This document shows, one piece after another, positions 39,341-52,171 of a stretch of DNA of 64,000 bases. Origin of the DNA: Phoronis australis (lineage: Eukaryota; Animalia; Phoronida); the NCBI GenBank assembly GCA_002633005.1, contig NMRA01000071.1, positions 1,073,961 through 1,137,960 of the forward strand, in the 5' to 3' direction. A program made the position numbers and the translations under genes. The first letter of the stretch is position 1. Each line of letters starts with the position of its first letter. A model generated the notes under the pieces. The model did not search any database. It saw only the letters and a list, made by a program, of their open reading frames with translations, and was not told the origin of the DNA.

Positions 39341-40717
39341 ACCAAGGGAACATACTGCGAAACAAAAATGCATGGGGTCCCTTTTGAGGGCAATTTACGG
39401 CCGGGGGCTTTTTGGGCCATCTGTTGTGTCCTTCTTGGATCATCTTAGCGCCACCTTTGTAGTTACACATAAAGCAGTTGAGAGCAATGCACGTAAACCC
39501 ATGACTTTCAAAACAAATTTTCTTAAACATTTTATAACAAGAGGTAATTGAAGGATATGTTTAAATAAAACACTTACTGGAAGGTTATTCATAAAATCAT
39601 GTAAGGCCTTGCAAAAGGAATCACCTGTAATTGATTTTAAATATCGGAGTGTGTGCAGAAGATGTCGTTGTCTTATGCAATTTTCATGAAAAAACCCACG
39701 TGTCATGATATTTAAAGTGAGTGTGAATAATTATAAACATATTTGTTTAAAATGTCAATTTCAGCAACAACATAGAAATTCTTTATTTTGAGTATCTGTG
39801 AAGTCCTACATGAAGTATCGGTAAGGACACTAAACACTAGAAGCAATAATACACATAACCCTTTTCCCGTAAATTGAATTTTCTATGAGGTTCACTCCCC
39901 ATAGCAAAATGCCATTTAATGAAATTGAGGAAGAACAATACCAAAAGGCAAGAAATGTTTAATGTTGTTAAAACGGCAACAGAATCTGCTTATCTTCACA
40001 TTTACATGCACTTTTAAATGATTAAAATCATGGTTTCTGAAGTACTTGGAATATTTAGGATTCTTTTTGGGGCACCTTCTCACTTATCCGATCATTATCA
40101 AATCAGTGTTGTTCCGTGTCTTGAATTCCTTGTCTAGCTCACATCCTTAACAAAATGGAATGTGTGATGTTCTGACGGCGGAGCTCATCCAAATACACTG
40201 TCCATCATAGTCCACTTAATGGTAATATGTACTTGGACTTCTTTTTCTCGAATTCTTCGAACCGGTGGACGTCCTTGCGTCTCTGACTGGACGTTTCCAT
40301 AATGGACAGTGAATACATTGGGTCATTTGGTGCTCGTTGTGACGAGATTATTTATTTTAAATCAGCTATGACCAGTTCTTTCAGAATCGGATCTCGCTCA
40401 TTTTGACTCCCTCATAAAGTCCGTAATGGAAACTCTGCCTGTCCATGTACAATAACCTTTTAATTTTGTATGGTTCAAGAAAGACCCAACCCACCACATG
40501 ACACACAATGAAGCTACATCTCCAGTGCATTTCCTGGTGGATTCTGGTCAATACTATTCTATACCCAAAAGAAACAGGCAAGTTTGGTTTATTTTCAACC
40601 CTTATTTTTAACTTGTGCGAATACAAATTGTGCTTCACTTTTTTCGTTAGTGATACTGTTTCAATTTTGTCCAAGGCGAAACCTGCAGTCAAGACTAGTT
40701 TTATTGTTTTTAATGGG

Positions 40718-41430
40718 CACCCTCGACCCACGAAACCTTCGGGCCACGACCCCCTACCCACAACCCCCTCGACCCGGTCTACGCAAGCTCGATCTGAACA
40801 TGTAATAAGTGCTGACTTGCAGGACAAACGTGTCTGGCCGTGAGCGAGAGAGTTGATTCGGTAACTATGAAAGCCAAAAACACAAAAACGCCACCAAAGA
40901 CCTACCAACGTTAAAAAACGTCTCCTTCCCAGCAGACTGTAATCGTCTAGCCTGTTTTTCTGTGAATGGTTGTTTCAAGTTATTTTTGAGACAGTGCGAG
41001 AAGGCAACGAGTACATAATTTCTTCAGTACATATAGTTTAAAAACTGTTAACTAAAAAGCAATTTAAAGCTACATGTAACATATTGTAAAGAGTATACGA
41101 AATTATGCGTATTCACATCAATGTATTTTCTTCCTACATGCAACTTTAGTAGAACCATGATGGTGAAATAGGGTCATCGTGGAACTAATTCTTTGACAAC
41201 GATAGCACGCTTCCAATCCGGTATTTCCCATCATGTTCTTACGCAAATTTGTGTGTTTAACCACCAGCTTTGAGCTAGAGCAGATTCGCACACACACTGT
41301 AGGTAAGTCATATGTCACTCAGCGACGTAATATGATTATGACATGCGCTATTGCTGTAGGTCAAAGGTTGAGGGGATGTGGGTCTTCGGTCGTGGGGGCT
41401 GGAGGTCTTGGGGTGCTAGGGGAGAGGAGG
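40718..41430. mobile_element. MITE-like element with imperfect CCACGACC-rich inverted ends
   Basis: CCCTCGACCCACG..CCACAACCCCCTCGACC at the left is inverted against GGTTGAGGGGATGTGGG..GGTCGTGGGG at the right. No TSD resolved. Confidence 0.45.
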
Positions 41431-41804
41431 TATTAGAACATTCGCTTTAACTTGGACTGCACTGCGTGCCCAGTCGGTTCTCAGGTCGAAGTGACACAGT
41501 TTTTATTGCATTATCGACAGTAGATTGTGAAAATCCCAAATAAACCTGTTCCTCAATACTTCCCAGTAACAATAGTAGTAACTTTTCATCACTAAAAGTG
41601 TCAAAATTTCAGCAATACATGTAGCTGAGACTTAAACCAGTCTTAAATTTGAAGAAACTTCATAAAGCATGTTTTCGATATTTTGGTCTTGAGTTAGCCA
41701 TATTTTGATCTAATTTAAGACTGCAAAGCTTCTATCAAGCGGACCCCTTATGTTGTTTTACAACATCTGACGCATTTCACCCACGTTGAAATTGCTTTCT
41801 GCAG

Positions 41805-41904
41805 GATCAACCAGTAGAATGACATCCACATTTGAACCAGATAAAAATAGTCTCGGTTACTCGCGCATGCTCATAGATGGCGAAACGCTGTTGGTGGGAG
41901 CAAG
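41805..41904 (+). CDS. Semaphorin-like gene, Sema-domain exon A
   Basis: TTTCTGCAG|...|GTAAGT. STSRMTSTFEPDKNSLGYSRMLIDGETLLVGA(R); phase 1 to 2. Confidence 0.85.
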
Positions 41905-42094
41905 GTAAGTATCTGTAATGTGCACGTGCAAGCTCAATTATGTCCTACTAATGAATGCGTTGCATTTGGAGAAAACGATGTGCTACTGGAAATTGAAACT
42001 TATTGCACCCGTAAAGAATCTTAGACATGTGAAATTGTGCCACTAGCAATCACTTTATCTCGGTTTGTATGACGTTTATTTTCCCTTATTTCAG

Positions 42095-42140
42095 GAATAC
42101 CATTTACCAATTACATGTAGAGAACTTGACAACACGAGCG
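42095..42140 (+). CDS. Semaphorin-like gene, exon B
   Basis: TTATTTCAG|...|GTGAGT. (R)NTIYQLHVENLTTRA completes the LVGARN.IY.L motif; phase 2 to 0. Confidence 0.85.
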
Positions 42141-43039
42141 GTGAGTCATTCCTCAATATCATGCAGTTGCACCCTTTGCTTTATATTGTCATTAACAGGC
42201 TGCTTGCGTGTTACAAAGGCTTCTTTACTTGCGATAGTTTTATAAAGTGTAACTTGGTTTACTTGCAGTTTCTAAATCATTTTCTGTCACTTCATGAACA
42301 GAGAAATAGTCGACTAAGATCAGATTAGTATCTCTTCACAAAGGCAAATACATAAACAAAATGTACCGAGGGCTCACTGTCCACTTCCTCAGTCACGCTT
42401 TGTACATCATACTGCTCAGTTCATTTAATACATACATATATCTATTTAGAAACAAGTCTCGTTTGCCTTCGTCTTGATAGTACACAAAATGTTACAGTTT
42501 ACGTTGCAAATCACAACCTGTCGTATATGTACGAGCGCATTACGTTCCTAACTCACTCTAGTAAAAGGAAGCAGTATTAAATATAACGGTTACGTGTGAA
42601 AATGACGGTTAATTTTCAGTGAAATTGTATAATATTTCGAAAATAAATATACAATAAGAACAGTTATAACATTGTAAAATCCTCATCGGGTAGCTGCATA
42701 GGTGGATTTAGGGGGGTGCATACAAAATTAAACAGCAAGAGCGTGAAGAGTGAGAGGAAGTAAGGAGTCCACGAACTAGGAACGGCAGCGGACGAGGAGG
42801 GAGGGGGGAAGCGCGGTGGAATGGCGTTGCCGTTTTTTTTAATGTCCTCCGATAGATTTTGGGAACACCAGGTCACATCGTGAACTCCAGCAACTTTCGG
42901 GGCGCCTGTGTATACAATCCAATTCTCCGAGTGCCCCCTTATGGTATCCTAGATCCGCCACTGTGCTGCACTCATTCATGAAACTAGGTCATTGTCCGGA
43001 GCGCATAGCCTGCACCTCAGCTGTTTTCACGAAGATGTT

Positions 43040-44222
43040 AAAAGTGCCACCATTGATGACAGCTCCAGCCTGTTGCAGCGTTGTTACAGGTAAGTCGTCG
43101 CATTTCTATGGATTCTGTAGCATGGATAGGTTCCCGTGTTGCTGGGACGATCGTTGTTGCTGCTCGTGTACTACTGTCGGGTACTGTCATACCCAGTGAC
43201 CGTCTGGCTTTGTTGGCTTTGGGCGTGATTTTAGCACTTGCAGTTGACGTGGCCTTAGTTTGCAGGATGTTGGACATAGGTCTCTGCTCTGCCGTCCAAG
43301 CTGATGAATAGTTGTTCAAACTTGCTACATTTTGCGTCCACTGAGCAGCACGATTGTGGTAGGTGGTATGCCTGCATGAAGGGATTTTGAGCACATGGTT
43401 CGCCTTACGCTGTGGTTGGTTTTCTTACACGGGAGGCCTGCTGCTTGTGCTATTTTTTCATGAACAAAGCTATCGTCTTTCTGCCCTGTGATTGATTCTT
43501 TTACCATTCGGAGTCGAGGGTTTTGAAGTAGTTGATGATGAGATAGAAAGGTGAGTCTGGGGTAAGGGTGGTTGGTGGTCTTCTTGATCAGTAGTCTTTG
43601 TAAGTAGCGACGGGGCACCTTGGCGGATTAGCAAATGCTGTTTGATTAAATGGTCTAATGTCGGTGCCAGTGCAGAACCTTGTTTTCGTTTCCCTTTCGT
43701 TGAACTCTCGGTATTGGTTGCCAGATTCGTCATCAAGCAACTGTATGTCTGCCCACTGTAGCTGTCGGCTTTCATGTGAACCCCGGAAACCAAACAGTTT
43801 GGTATTTAAGAACCATACTATTTTGAGGAGTGCTTGTGGTGATTGTTTTTTACCGTTACTCCACAGCAGCTCTCCCTCGTCATCTGTCAGTAATTCCGCC
43901 CTGTATTTTCGATTTCCTTTTCCTTGTTGTTTCAAGTCCCGCCGACGAGCAAAAAACTCGCCTTTTGGAAAGTCGAAATACATGTATGGTTGGGTTGTCT
44001 ACCATAGTGACTGGGTAACCAATTTCTTTCAGGTGTCGGTCATTGGCCCTATGAAAAGATGTTAGAGTGTCCGACTCATATGAAGATCTATCGGGGTTCA
44101 CCCATGCCTTTGAGTTTCTCATTTTGCTTTTCCTGTTGCACCTCTTTTTCTTCTAATTCAATCAACTCCTGAATTTCTGGATACTCGTATTTGAAATTAA
44201 ACATTCCAAAATTGAAACTCAT
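43040..44222 (-). mobile_element. Crypton-type (DUF3504) tyrosine-recombinase relic inside a semaphorin intron
   Basis: QQGKGNR, SPQALL..VWF.NTKLFGFRG..E.RQLQW.D, FNERETKTR, RCPV..YK.Y, KTNHSVRRT, LSG. Several frameshifts. Confidence 0.85.
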
Positions 44223-45738
44223 TATTTTTGTAGCCGGTCGACTGGGCTTCCGTAGTTACAGCGTCTGAGTTGCAGACGCTGTATTTCAGCAAATAAAATG
44301 GAGACAAAAGTGTCATAAAATGAACAGTTTTGTACAAGATGTTATATTTGGGACCTGATTGCATGTTTAATGTTATTTATACCGCTGCAATTTCGTTACT
44401 TGGAACCATTTTGTGAATGTTTGATGATAGAGCTGGTTGCCAACGCCCTAGTCTACAGTGACCTATTTTTGTACCTTCCACCTTTGAGTATACACCTGTA
44501 CATGTATAGGGCACTGTTGAAAGTAGTGCGGGAGGTGAATACGAAAAACGTGACTACATGGCCGTATTTCCCTCGACAGATTCAACGCGTATCGGATGAA
44601 ACAACCCGCCATTTTTTATGTTAAACAACTAGTAGTGCTGTATGAAGTACGCAGTTTTGACTAGCAGCCATCGCTGTTCTCGTGCAAAGCGTAATAAACT
44701 TTTGCCCTTCTAGTAAAATTTGCAGAAACTTTCAAGTTGACGTGAAGTCGCAATGGAACACGGATTATTGAAATGTTAAAGCATTAAGGTATCCACTGTG
44801 ATCTAAGTTGTCTTAGCATATCTTTGTCCTTTCTGTGCAACTAGTCAAATGTTAACAAATCTATTTTACTCAATAAAAGTACACATTTTCGGAAACTAAC
44901 AAAATGGACACTTGTACCACGTGTCAAAAACAGAAGTGCAGTGAGAGTGGAACGTAATTGTGAACATGGTTTTTTCCCTGGTTGCGACATGAATGTGTTA
45001 TTATTGGTTTTTGTTATCTGAAGTTTTTTGATTTTTAACTGCTTTTTGATAACCTTTCACGTAAAAGTGGAAAATGCTTGAAGCAGCTGCAGCCATCGTT
45101 TTGGAAAGTTGTGTACAGCTTCTTAAAGTTCCATATAGTTCCGAAAAGTTATCAGAGATGTGTTACTCAATGTTACCAGAATGAACTTAATATCTATGGT
45201 ATAGTGTTCTTGGTTTTTTATTCGGATAATCGAAAATATTCTGGCAATAATTTTACATAACACATCAGCGGAAAAGAAAGTGGTAGTAGCAAATTTTCCA
45301 AAGCTATGGCTGTCCTGTGGTTCACAAAATAGGGACATTATAAATGGCGGACAAATTACTCAATTTTGGACTTATTTTTTAATTGGACACAATTCTTGAG
45401 AAGTAATTTCCTTTGATTTGAGTTGTAAAACAACAACTCGTTACGTTTTGACGACTATATTTTAAATTTCCAATTCTAAACATTCGCAAAATTCATAGAA
45501 TGTAGCTTCGTTATTTCAATATGCTTAAAATGTTGTGATCTTTAACGCGTGGCTTACCGATAGAGCTTGTGGATACTACACACGGTGTGCGTGGATTCGG
45601 TTCGGCATTGTTGCTAATTTTTTAGCGAACAACTTCCGTTAAGAAAGACAAGTTTACCAATTGCAAGCCACTAACGCTACACAGCCACATTCGGAGTTTG
45701 TTAATGGAAAATAATTCAAGCATTTTTGTTCCTTTAAG

Positions 45739-45906
45739 CATTTAACATGGAAGTCAGATAACATGAAGACCGAGATATGCAAAGCCGCGGGCGGTACTGA
45801 GATCACGTGTCAAAATCACATCCGGGTACTGTTAAAAGAAACTCAGACCCGATTGATAGCTTGTGGTACGAATGCGAATGAGCCGGTGTGTCGTACTCTG
45901 AAATTG
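45739..45906 (+). CDS. Semaphorin-like gene, exon C
   Basis: CCTTTAAG|...|GTAAGT. HLTWKS..EICKAAG..TCQNHIRVL..LIACGTNANEPVCR is the canonical C.N.IRVL / CGTNA..P.C motif; phase 0 to 0. Confidence 0.92.
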
Positions 45907-46094
45907 GTAAGTACTCCCGTCCTTCCTTTCAATGTTTAGTTGTTAAAGTGTGACGTTTGGGAAACAAATCATGCTTTTGTTATTATTAAGTGTAAAACAT
46001 GTTTTGGGAAATGCTTTGTACTTTTTTACGCACCTAAACAAAGTTTCGTCTTCGTTATAATTTAACCAGGTACTACAGCATGAATGAGACGGCC

Positions 46095-46221
46095 CTCATG
46101 TTGAATTGCCATGACGGCGACGGCACTCATGTTTGCATTGCCATGACGTAGACATCGTGCTATCGTTACCCAGGCGGCACTCATGTTGCATTGCCAGGAC
46201 GGAGACATAGTGCTATCGTTA
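46095..46221. repeat. Short tandem repeat (~54-bp unit) abutting a splice acceptor
   Basis: GGCACTCATGTT(T)GCATTGCCA.GACG.AGACAT.GTGCTATCGTTA occurs twice, plus a partial unit. Confidence 0.7.
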
Positions 46222-46241
46222 TTCGGGCTTATATTTTTCAG

Positions 46242-46434
46242 AACACCTTTTCGCAAGTAGGAAACGAAAGAAGTGGTTTGGGACTTTGTCCGAAGTCACC
46301 GGAGCAAAATAATACCGCAGTGTACTCCGGAAACAGCATTTACTCCGGACTTGCGATACGTTCAAATGTCTTCCTCGTGTATAAGCAGGTTGGCGGCCTC
46401 GGCACAGATTCAAGCAATAATCATGTTCTAAACC
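46242..46434 (+). CDS. Semaphorin-like gene, exon D
   Basis: TTTTTCAG|...|GTGAGC. SGLGLCPKSPEQNNTAVY..IYSG...VLN resembles SG...CPYDP.HN.TA...LYSG...WLN; phase 0 to 1. Confidence 0.9.
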
Positions 46435-46849
46435 GTGAGCATTTCAGCCTATGTACATGTGATTAGCTACATTGTATACATTGATGTAAGGAGGGCAACT
46501 CGCCCATACTCCACATTGTGCATTGCAGTTGTAAATGTACTTGTATCCCAATATCAGACACCTACACTTTTGGATGTTCTTCAAAATTGCCATACACCTG
46601 TTTCTATGAAAAATAACTTAGAAAACGAATCTGTTTTTGCTTGTTGCTTGTTGTGATTGCACGTCATTTATTTGCGTGATACATGTAAGTACAGGCAGTC
46701 CGTTATTGTTGCGCTAAGAAATTATTGTCCGGAAAGTTTGGTTTCACGATCGAACACTAGATGGGACATTTAGTTCGCATACTTGTTTTGCAAGCCACCA
46801 GGTGGAATTACATGTATTGATTGGTATGTTATTTATACATATTTTCTAG

Positions 46850-46938
46850 GGCCAGATTTCGTTGCTTCATTTGAAGAGGGCGACAAAGTTTACTTCGTTT
46901 TCAGGGAGGTTGCTGTTGAGGATCAAAACTGTGGCAAG
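46850..46938 (+). CDS. Semaphorin-like gene, exon E
   Basis: TTTTCTAG|...|GTACTG. (R)PDFVASFEEGDKVYFVFREVAVEDQNCGK matches P.FV.SF....VYFFFRE.AVE..NCGK. Confidence 0.93.
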
Positions 46939-47899
46939 GTACTGCAAGAGACAAGTGAGCCAAGGGCAATGTGAAAATGTTGAAGGTTTGATACAGATGA
47001 TACACATGTAGCAAATATCACGCGATAACGAGCAGTTCATGCAACACCATTTCGATTGTTTTCGTAACACACATTCATACTCAGCGAGCATTGCTACTTA
47101 CCAGAATAATTACGAGGCAAATTATGAAACAAGTATTATTCTAAACTAGGCGTAAACAAAATCAACCCTTACTGAAGAATAGAAGATTAGTTGTCCCAGG
47201 AGTCGTGTCATTGTTTGAAACCAATTATATTGATATGCGACACACCAAAGCAAGTCAGTCGTTGTGATGTCATAAACATGAAAAGCATACAATGCTGAGG
47301 TCTTTGTGCCTCGTGGACGACCTCAGGTATGATTTTAGGTATGGGCGTACCACTGACCGGTTGCATGAAACCGTCGCAAACAGGCGCTAAATGGAGTTTC
47401 CTAAATCTAATTTGTAATTGTGGGCTTGCAAAAACAGTGACTGTGCTTTCATATGCAAGTTTCATTACATGGCCAAATTTTGGCTGTTTTCAAATCGAAT
47501 GTGAACACTACGTCGTGACCCCAGTATTATTGCACATAATGGCCAGAAGTGTTCTTTCCATGCAAGGCCCTAATCTAAAAAGTAAATCCCTGATTGTTTT
47601 GATTGAATTAAGGGTTCTGGTTTCAGTAATATTATTTGAAGTTGTAACAAACGCAAAATGTTGAAAAAACATTACATATGTGAGTTTTCAAGGCAACAAA
47701 CATGCGAATTACATTAAGGAAACTAAGTTGAGTCCCTGATAGGGACTGTTTCATGCAACTGGACACAGAAACCTTTCTTCAGATGTAGTTGCAGTACCTG
47801 TGAAGGCTAGATACGCATTTGTCATCTCCTTAATTTAAAGTGTAGGCCTAGTATCTTAGAATGGCATATGTGATGTTACGTTCTCCTCTACAACCGGCA

Positions 47900-50570
47900 A
47901 ATCTGAGAGCGCAAACAGTAGATTCATGTCTTAATCTTGCAAACTGTTGAATGGATTTAGCCATATTAGCAAGAGAATTCAATTCAGTCACTTTACTTTT
48001 GTAGATCGAAGTTTTCTAATAACTGTTACTGATGACATTAGGTATTTCAATGAAGTCTTCTGACTGTGCGACATTGCACGTAGTGATTAGGAAGTCCTCC
48101 ATGGGTTTGGGCATGCAGAGTTCTTAACTTGGGTTGTGTTACAAGGGACTCAACCCAAACATGTTTCGAGTATTCAAATAGTTTGTTTCCAGCATCTATT
48201 ATGTTACAAGTAGTCAAATTTTGAAAGGAGGATTGCATGCCAGTTAACTTCAACAAATTTTGATACCGTCTATCCAACCAGTTTTACCAACAGAATAGTC
48301 CCATAGAAATACCCTTTTCATTAACCTATTACCATTTGTGGTCACTAGTTTTTTTCCAGTGACCCAACCTATTCAATTTAAACGTGTTTCCGATCGAGTT
48401 CCACCCCATGTAACCAGTAAGGGCATAAGTGGCTATAAAGCGGTTGCCTCCTAGATCATTACGGTATTTTCTCGTTTGTCTATCATTAGGTTGGGAAGAT
48501 GGCCCCTGTAGCCAATATCTTACACGACTGGTGAACTCTATTTTGGCATTGATGGTTGGAAGACCAGCTCTCTTTAGTTCGATAATTGCTCCAATCACCA
48601 ATCAGACAAATATTAAGTTATAGCATATTTGAATATAAACCATTAGCATTTCTGAATTCCTCGTTAAATGTTGATCATGTTTATTTTTAAATTATCAAAA
48701 TCGCTAAATCCGAAGTTACGATAATCTATTATTTCTGTATGTACCAATTCGCTCTGGGTTTGACTGTGTTCACACGTCGTACGTATTACGCCTGGGAAAT
48801 AATTGACCTTCCTGTTGTCATAGCAGACAAAAGACTGTGCTCGGTAGTTAACAAAGGAACTTGATGTTACCACACGCTCACAACCCTCTACTTCTGGTGT
48901 AGTCACTGAACGGGAGAACGCCAATGGGATGACCCGTAATCCAAGATTGGTACCACACACCAATTAAATAATGTTAAAAAAGTTTCGAACACTAGATTCT
49001 TGTTAACACGTAATGCTGAGCATATCTTCCCTAACGCCCTTCTAGAGCAAAATATTTGGCATAAATAAACACTGAAATACATGTATTGTTAGGCCCACAG
49101 GTGACACTTTTACCCAATTTTTTAATGTCCAAAGCTAAGTCATTTATACATATGGCAAAGTGTGTCGGTTATACATGTAAAATTTCCCCCTCACGGACAT
49201 CATATTCAGTAGTAAACCAGCCACTGTACACTGTATATAGTGCCATTTAATCTCATACAATTCAAAGGACGTCTGTAAACAATTTGATTACCCTTCTACC
49301 ATAGATATTGTTTTGGAACAATTTTTAAGCAGAAGTTCATGATTTTTCCAGTCAAAAGCTTTTTTCATGTGCACAAATATCACAAATGTTGAAAGGTTAG
49401 ACGATTTCTTATTTGAATAATTGATGACAGGACATATTAATGATCAATACAGGACTTCGAAAACCATTTTGCTCGTCAACGAAAATATTATTCTGTTCAA
49501 AAAAACAAAATTCTATAGTTCAATGTTATAATGAGTTTATGAATACTTGAAAGAAGACTAATACCAGTGTAGATCAAAGGAATTCTAGGGTCGTCAGTAG
49601 AATTCTTAGGTATCGGAATTATAATAACCTTATACTAATCAGAAGGAAATAGACCACGTTTAAAAGATTCATTAATCAAATGGGTTAGAAAAACAAATAG
49701 TTTGGAATCTTAACACCTCATAAGGTATGCAGTCATAGTCGATGGTTTTATTGTTCTTTTTTTTCTTAACAACATTTCCAATCTCATCAATAGAAATTTC
49801 ACGATTTAAGTCATGATCAATTACATTACAACAAATATTTTCTAGCTGCTTGTGCAAGTTCAAAATTCATCATCAAATGGTGTATTTTCAGAAGTGAATT
49901 TATATAATTTTTCGTAATCATTTTCATTTTTTAGAACAAAATTTCTTTCAGAGTTTATTTTATTACGTAAATCCAACACTTCCAGGAGAACTTCGCCAAA
50001 CTCTTTTGGTATCATTTTTTAACAAATTATCAGAAATCCTTAGGATTTTCAGTGTTCAGATTCTCAATTTCAATCTGAACTTTCAAATGGTACATGTATA
50101 TGTATGAAGTTTTCGTGCATTTTAGTTTCTTGTCCAATTTGTATTGATCAGAGATCAAAAAATGTTTGTAGAGCATTCAAATCCCGTGTCCGCTTTGACC
50201 TCTTGAATTTTTTTCCATGTAGTTTATTTTTTTCTACAAATGGTTAAGCTGCAGATTTCAGTGAGGCTGTTTCCTTTTAAAATATTTCCTTTGTTTAGGA
50301 CTCGGATAATAATTCTTGTAATCCAGCAATGATTCCATTTCCTGAATGAACAGACCAACAAATGACTGAAGTTCATTGGATAACAATCTTGAATCAATTA
50401 AACGTGAATGTTCTTCATTAGATGTCACTTTATTATTGAATTCTACTGGTATATTGCACGTGTCATATATACGTTTTTTTTTGAAAGTGTATTTAAATCG
50501 ATAACCGAGTATGTTCTGTGTATTCTTCAATAAATATATATCACCTTGAGAAAATGGTTCATTGAACACA
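47900..50570 (-). mobile_element. Heavily decayed LINE (RTE-X-like)
   Basis: Fragments LNREISIDEI..V, D.IPYEVL, DEQNGFRS, KKAFDW, PKLRT. Boundaries are approximate. Confidence 0.7.
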
Positions 50571-52139
50571 CGACGTTCATGGCTAAAATAAATATGCAGC
50601 TCCCGTTTACAGTATCAATGGCATATAATTGTTCCTATTGCGATTAACTTATTGAACGCCTATCGGATAACAAGCATGCAACTGGCTAATTTTGTCTTTT
50701 GAAGTGTTTGATTTAAATGCTTGGTAAACTGCTTAATATTTCTTTCAGCGTATCTACTCCAGGATAAGTCGCTTGTGCAAAACGGATACAGGGGGCACTT
50801 TAACTAACGACAAAATCTTTATGTCGTTTTTCAAAGCTAGAATAGAGTGTTCCATTCCAGGAGAGTTTCCATTTCACTTTAATGAAATCCGTAAGTAGAG
50901 GTGTCAGTTGTTGACCGACATAGGTCTTAGTTTCACATGTTCTATTACGGTTCTGTTTGTTTAAAACCTGGTAGACCTTGACTGAATTGTCTATGGGGTC
51001 AGACCACTGATGATGTTATTTGTTAACACTAGAATAGCAGGGGCCATTCTTGATTTTATTATGTCAGCGATTTGTGAAGTCTGGAACATTCTGTTTGTAA
51101 AATGATTGCTTAAATTCTGGAAAGTTCTAGAATGTGCTTAAAGTGGTGAAAATTTCCAAACCATTGCAAGAGGCCATACGTAGTCAGCATGAGTTATTTC
51201 AGCTGTTACTGCTGAACGTGAATTAAAAGCATGTTACAGTTAAAGCAATAGTTGAGTTGCAGAGAGGAGAACCAACACTTACAGTGAAAGTCAATAGAGA
51301 GACAGCTATAGGTTATTAAGTCAACGAGTACAACAGTTTCTGCTGGTGTGTCAGAAGGTCACCACTATGCAAGTCTTCCAAGCACTGGCTAGACCGTATA
51401 ACAGACATTACGTCAGACTTTTTGTTTGAGAAGACATGTAAACGCACGGTCTATGTTAATGAAGTGATTAACTCGATCCAGTGCGCAGTCTAAGACAGTG
51501 TATCTTATTGGGTTCAAATTAAATGATGAAAATATTGAGTGAAGATCCCGTTTGAAACCAACGAACCATACCTTGATGTGGTAAGCCTCCTGCCAATTCG
51601 TTCATATCTCACGGACCTGATTCACCACAATGGGCGCCCTCTGTCGTTGTAAAACAAAACAGTAAAAAACACTACAGTCACTCCCTAACGTCGCGGGGTC
51701 ATCGCTAACTGATCTGGATACTGAAGGTAAGAGACGTATACTGAGGCCTATGGAATGGACATAACCTGCTCTCAGTCGTCCCAAGAACGACTACTCAAAC
51801 CTAGACAACCAGAAGGTTGACCAGAAGAAATTGCCTTGCAGAGGAAAGGAGCCTTTTCTGCCACAATGTATGACACTTCACTAGACTTAGGTAAAGCAGC
51901 ATCAAAAGTCAACCACTGTGGCGCTGAAGTGTGACCAGAGAGATCCGGTGAAGCGTGGTAAAACTGGACCACATTCAAAAGAAATCTCTGTCTTAAGGAG
52001 GGATATGTTGACACGAAGAAGTTATCACTTCTAAGAGGCAGAGGCTGCAAAACCTTAGAGGTTCAATCCAGTCTAATCGAATCAGGCGACAAGACCTGCC
52101 GAAAGTGGCCATATGACATAGCAGACTCAATCAAGTGTG

Positions 52140-52170
52140 TGAGAGAGAGAGAGACAGAGAGAGAGAGAGA
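52140..52170. repeat. (GA)n microsatellite at the LINE 3' end
   Basis: Direct reading. Confidence 0.9.
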
Positions 52171-52171
52171 A

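Noticed and set aside
40381-40908. 175-aa minus-strand ORF
   Set aside because: Non-ATG start, overlaps a repeat end and has no recognisable motif.
42112-42119. TACATGTA inside semaphorin exon B as an in-frame footprint
   Set aside because: YQLHVENL has the usual Sema spacing (Y.L.L.NL), so no 2-residue insertion is needed.
50938-51450. Possible solo LTR
   Set aside because: Composition is suggestive, but I could not fix TG..CA ends with a TSD.
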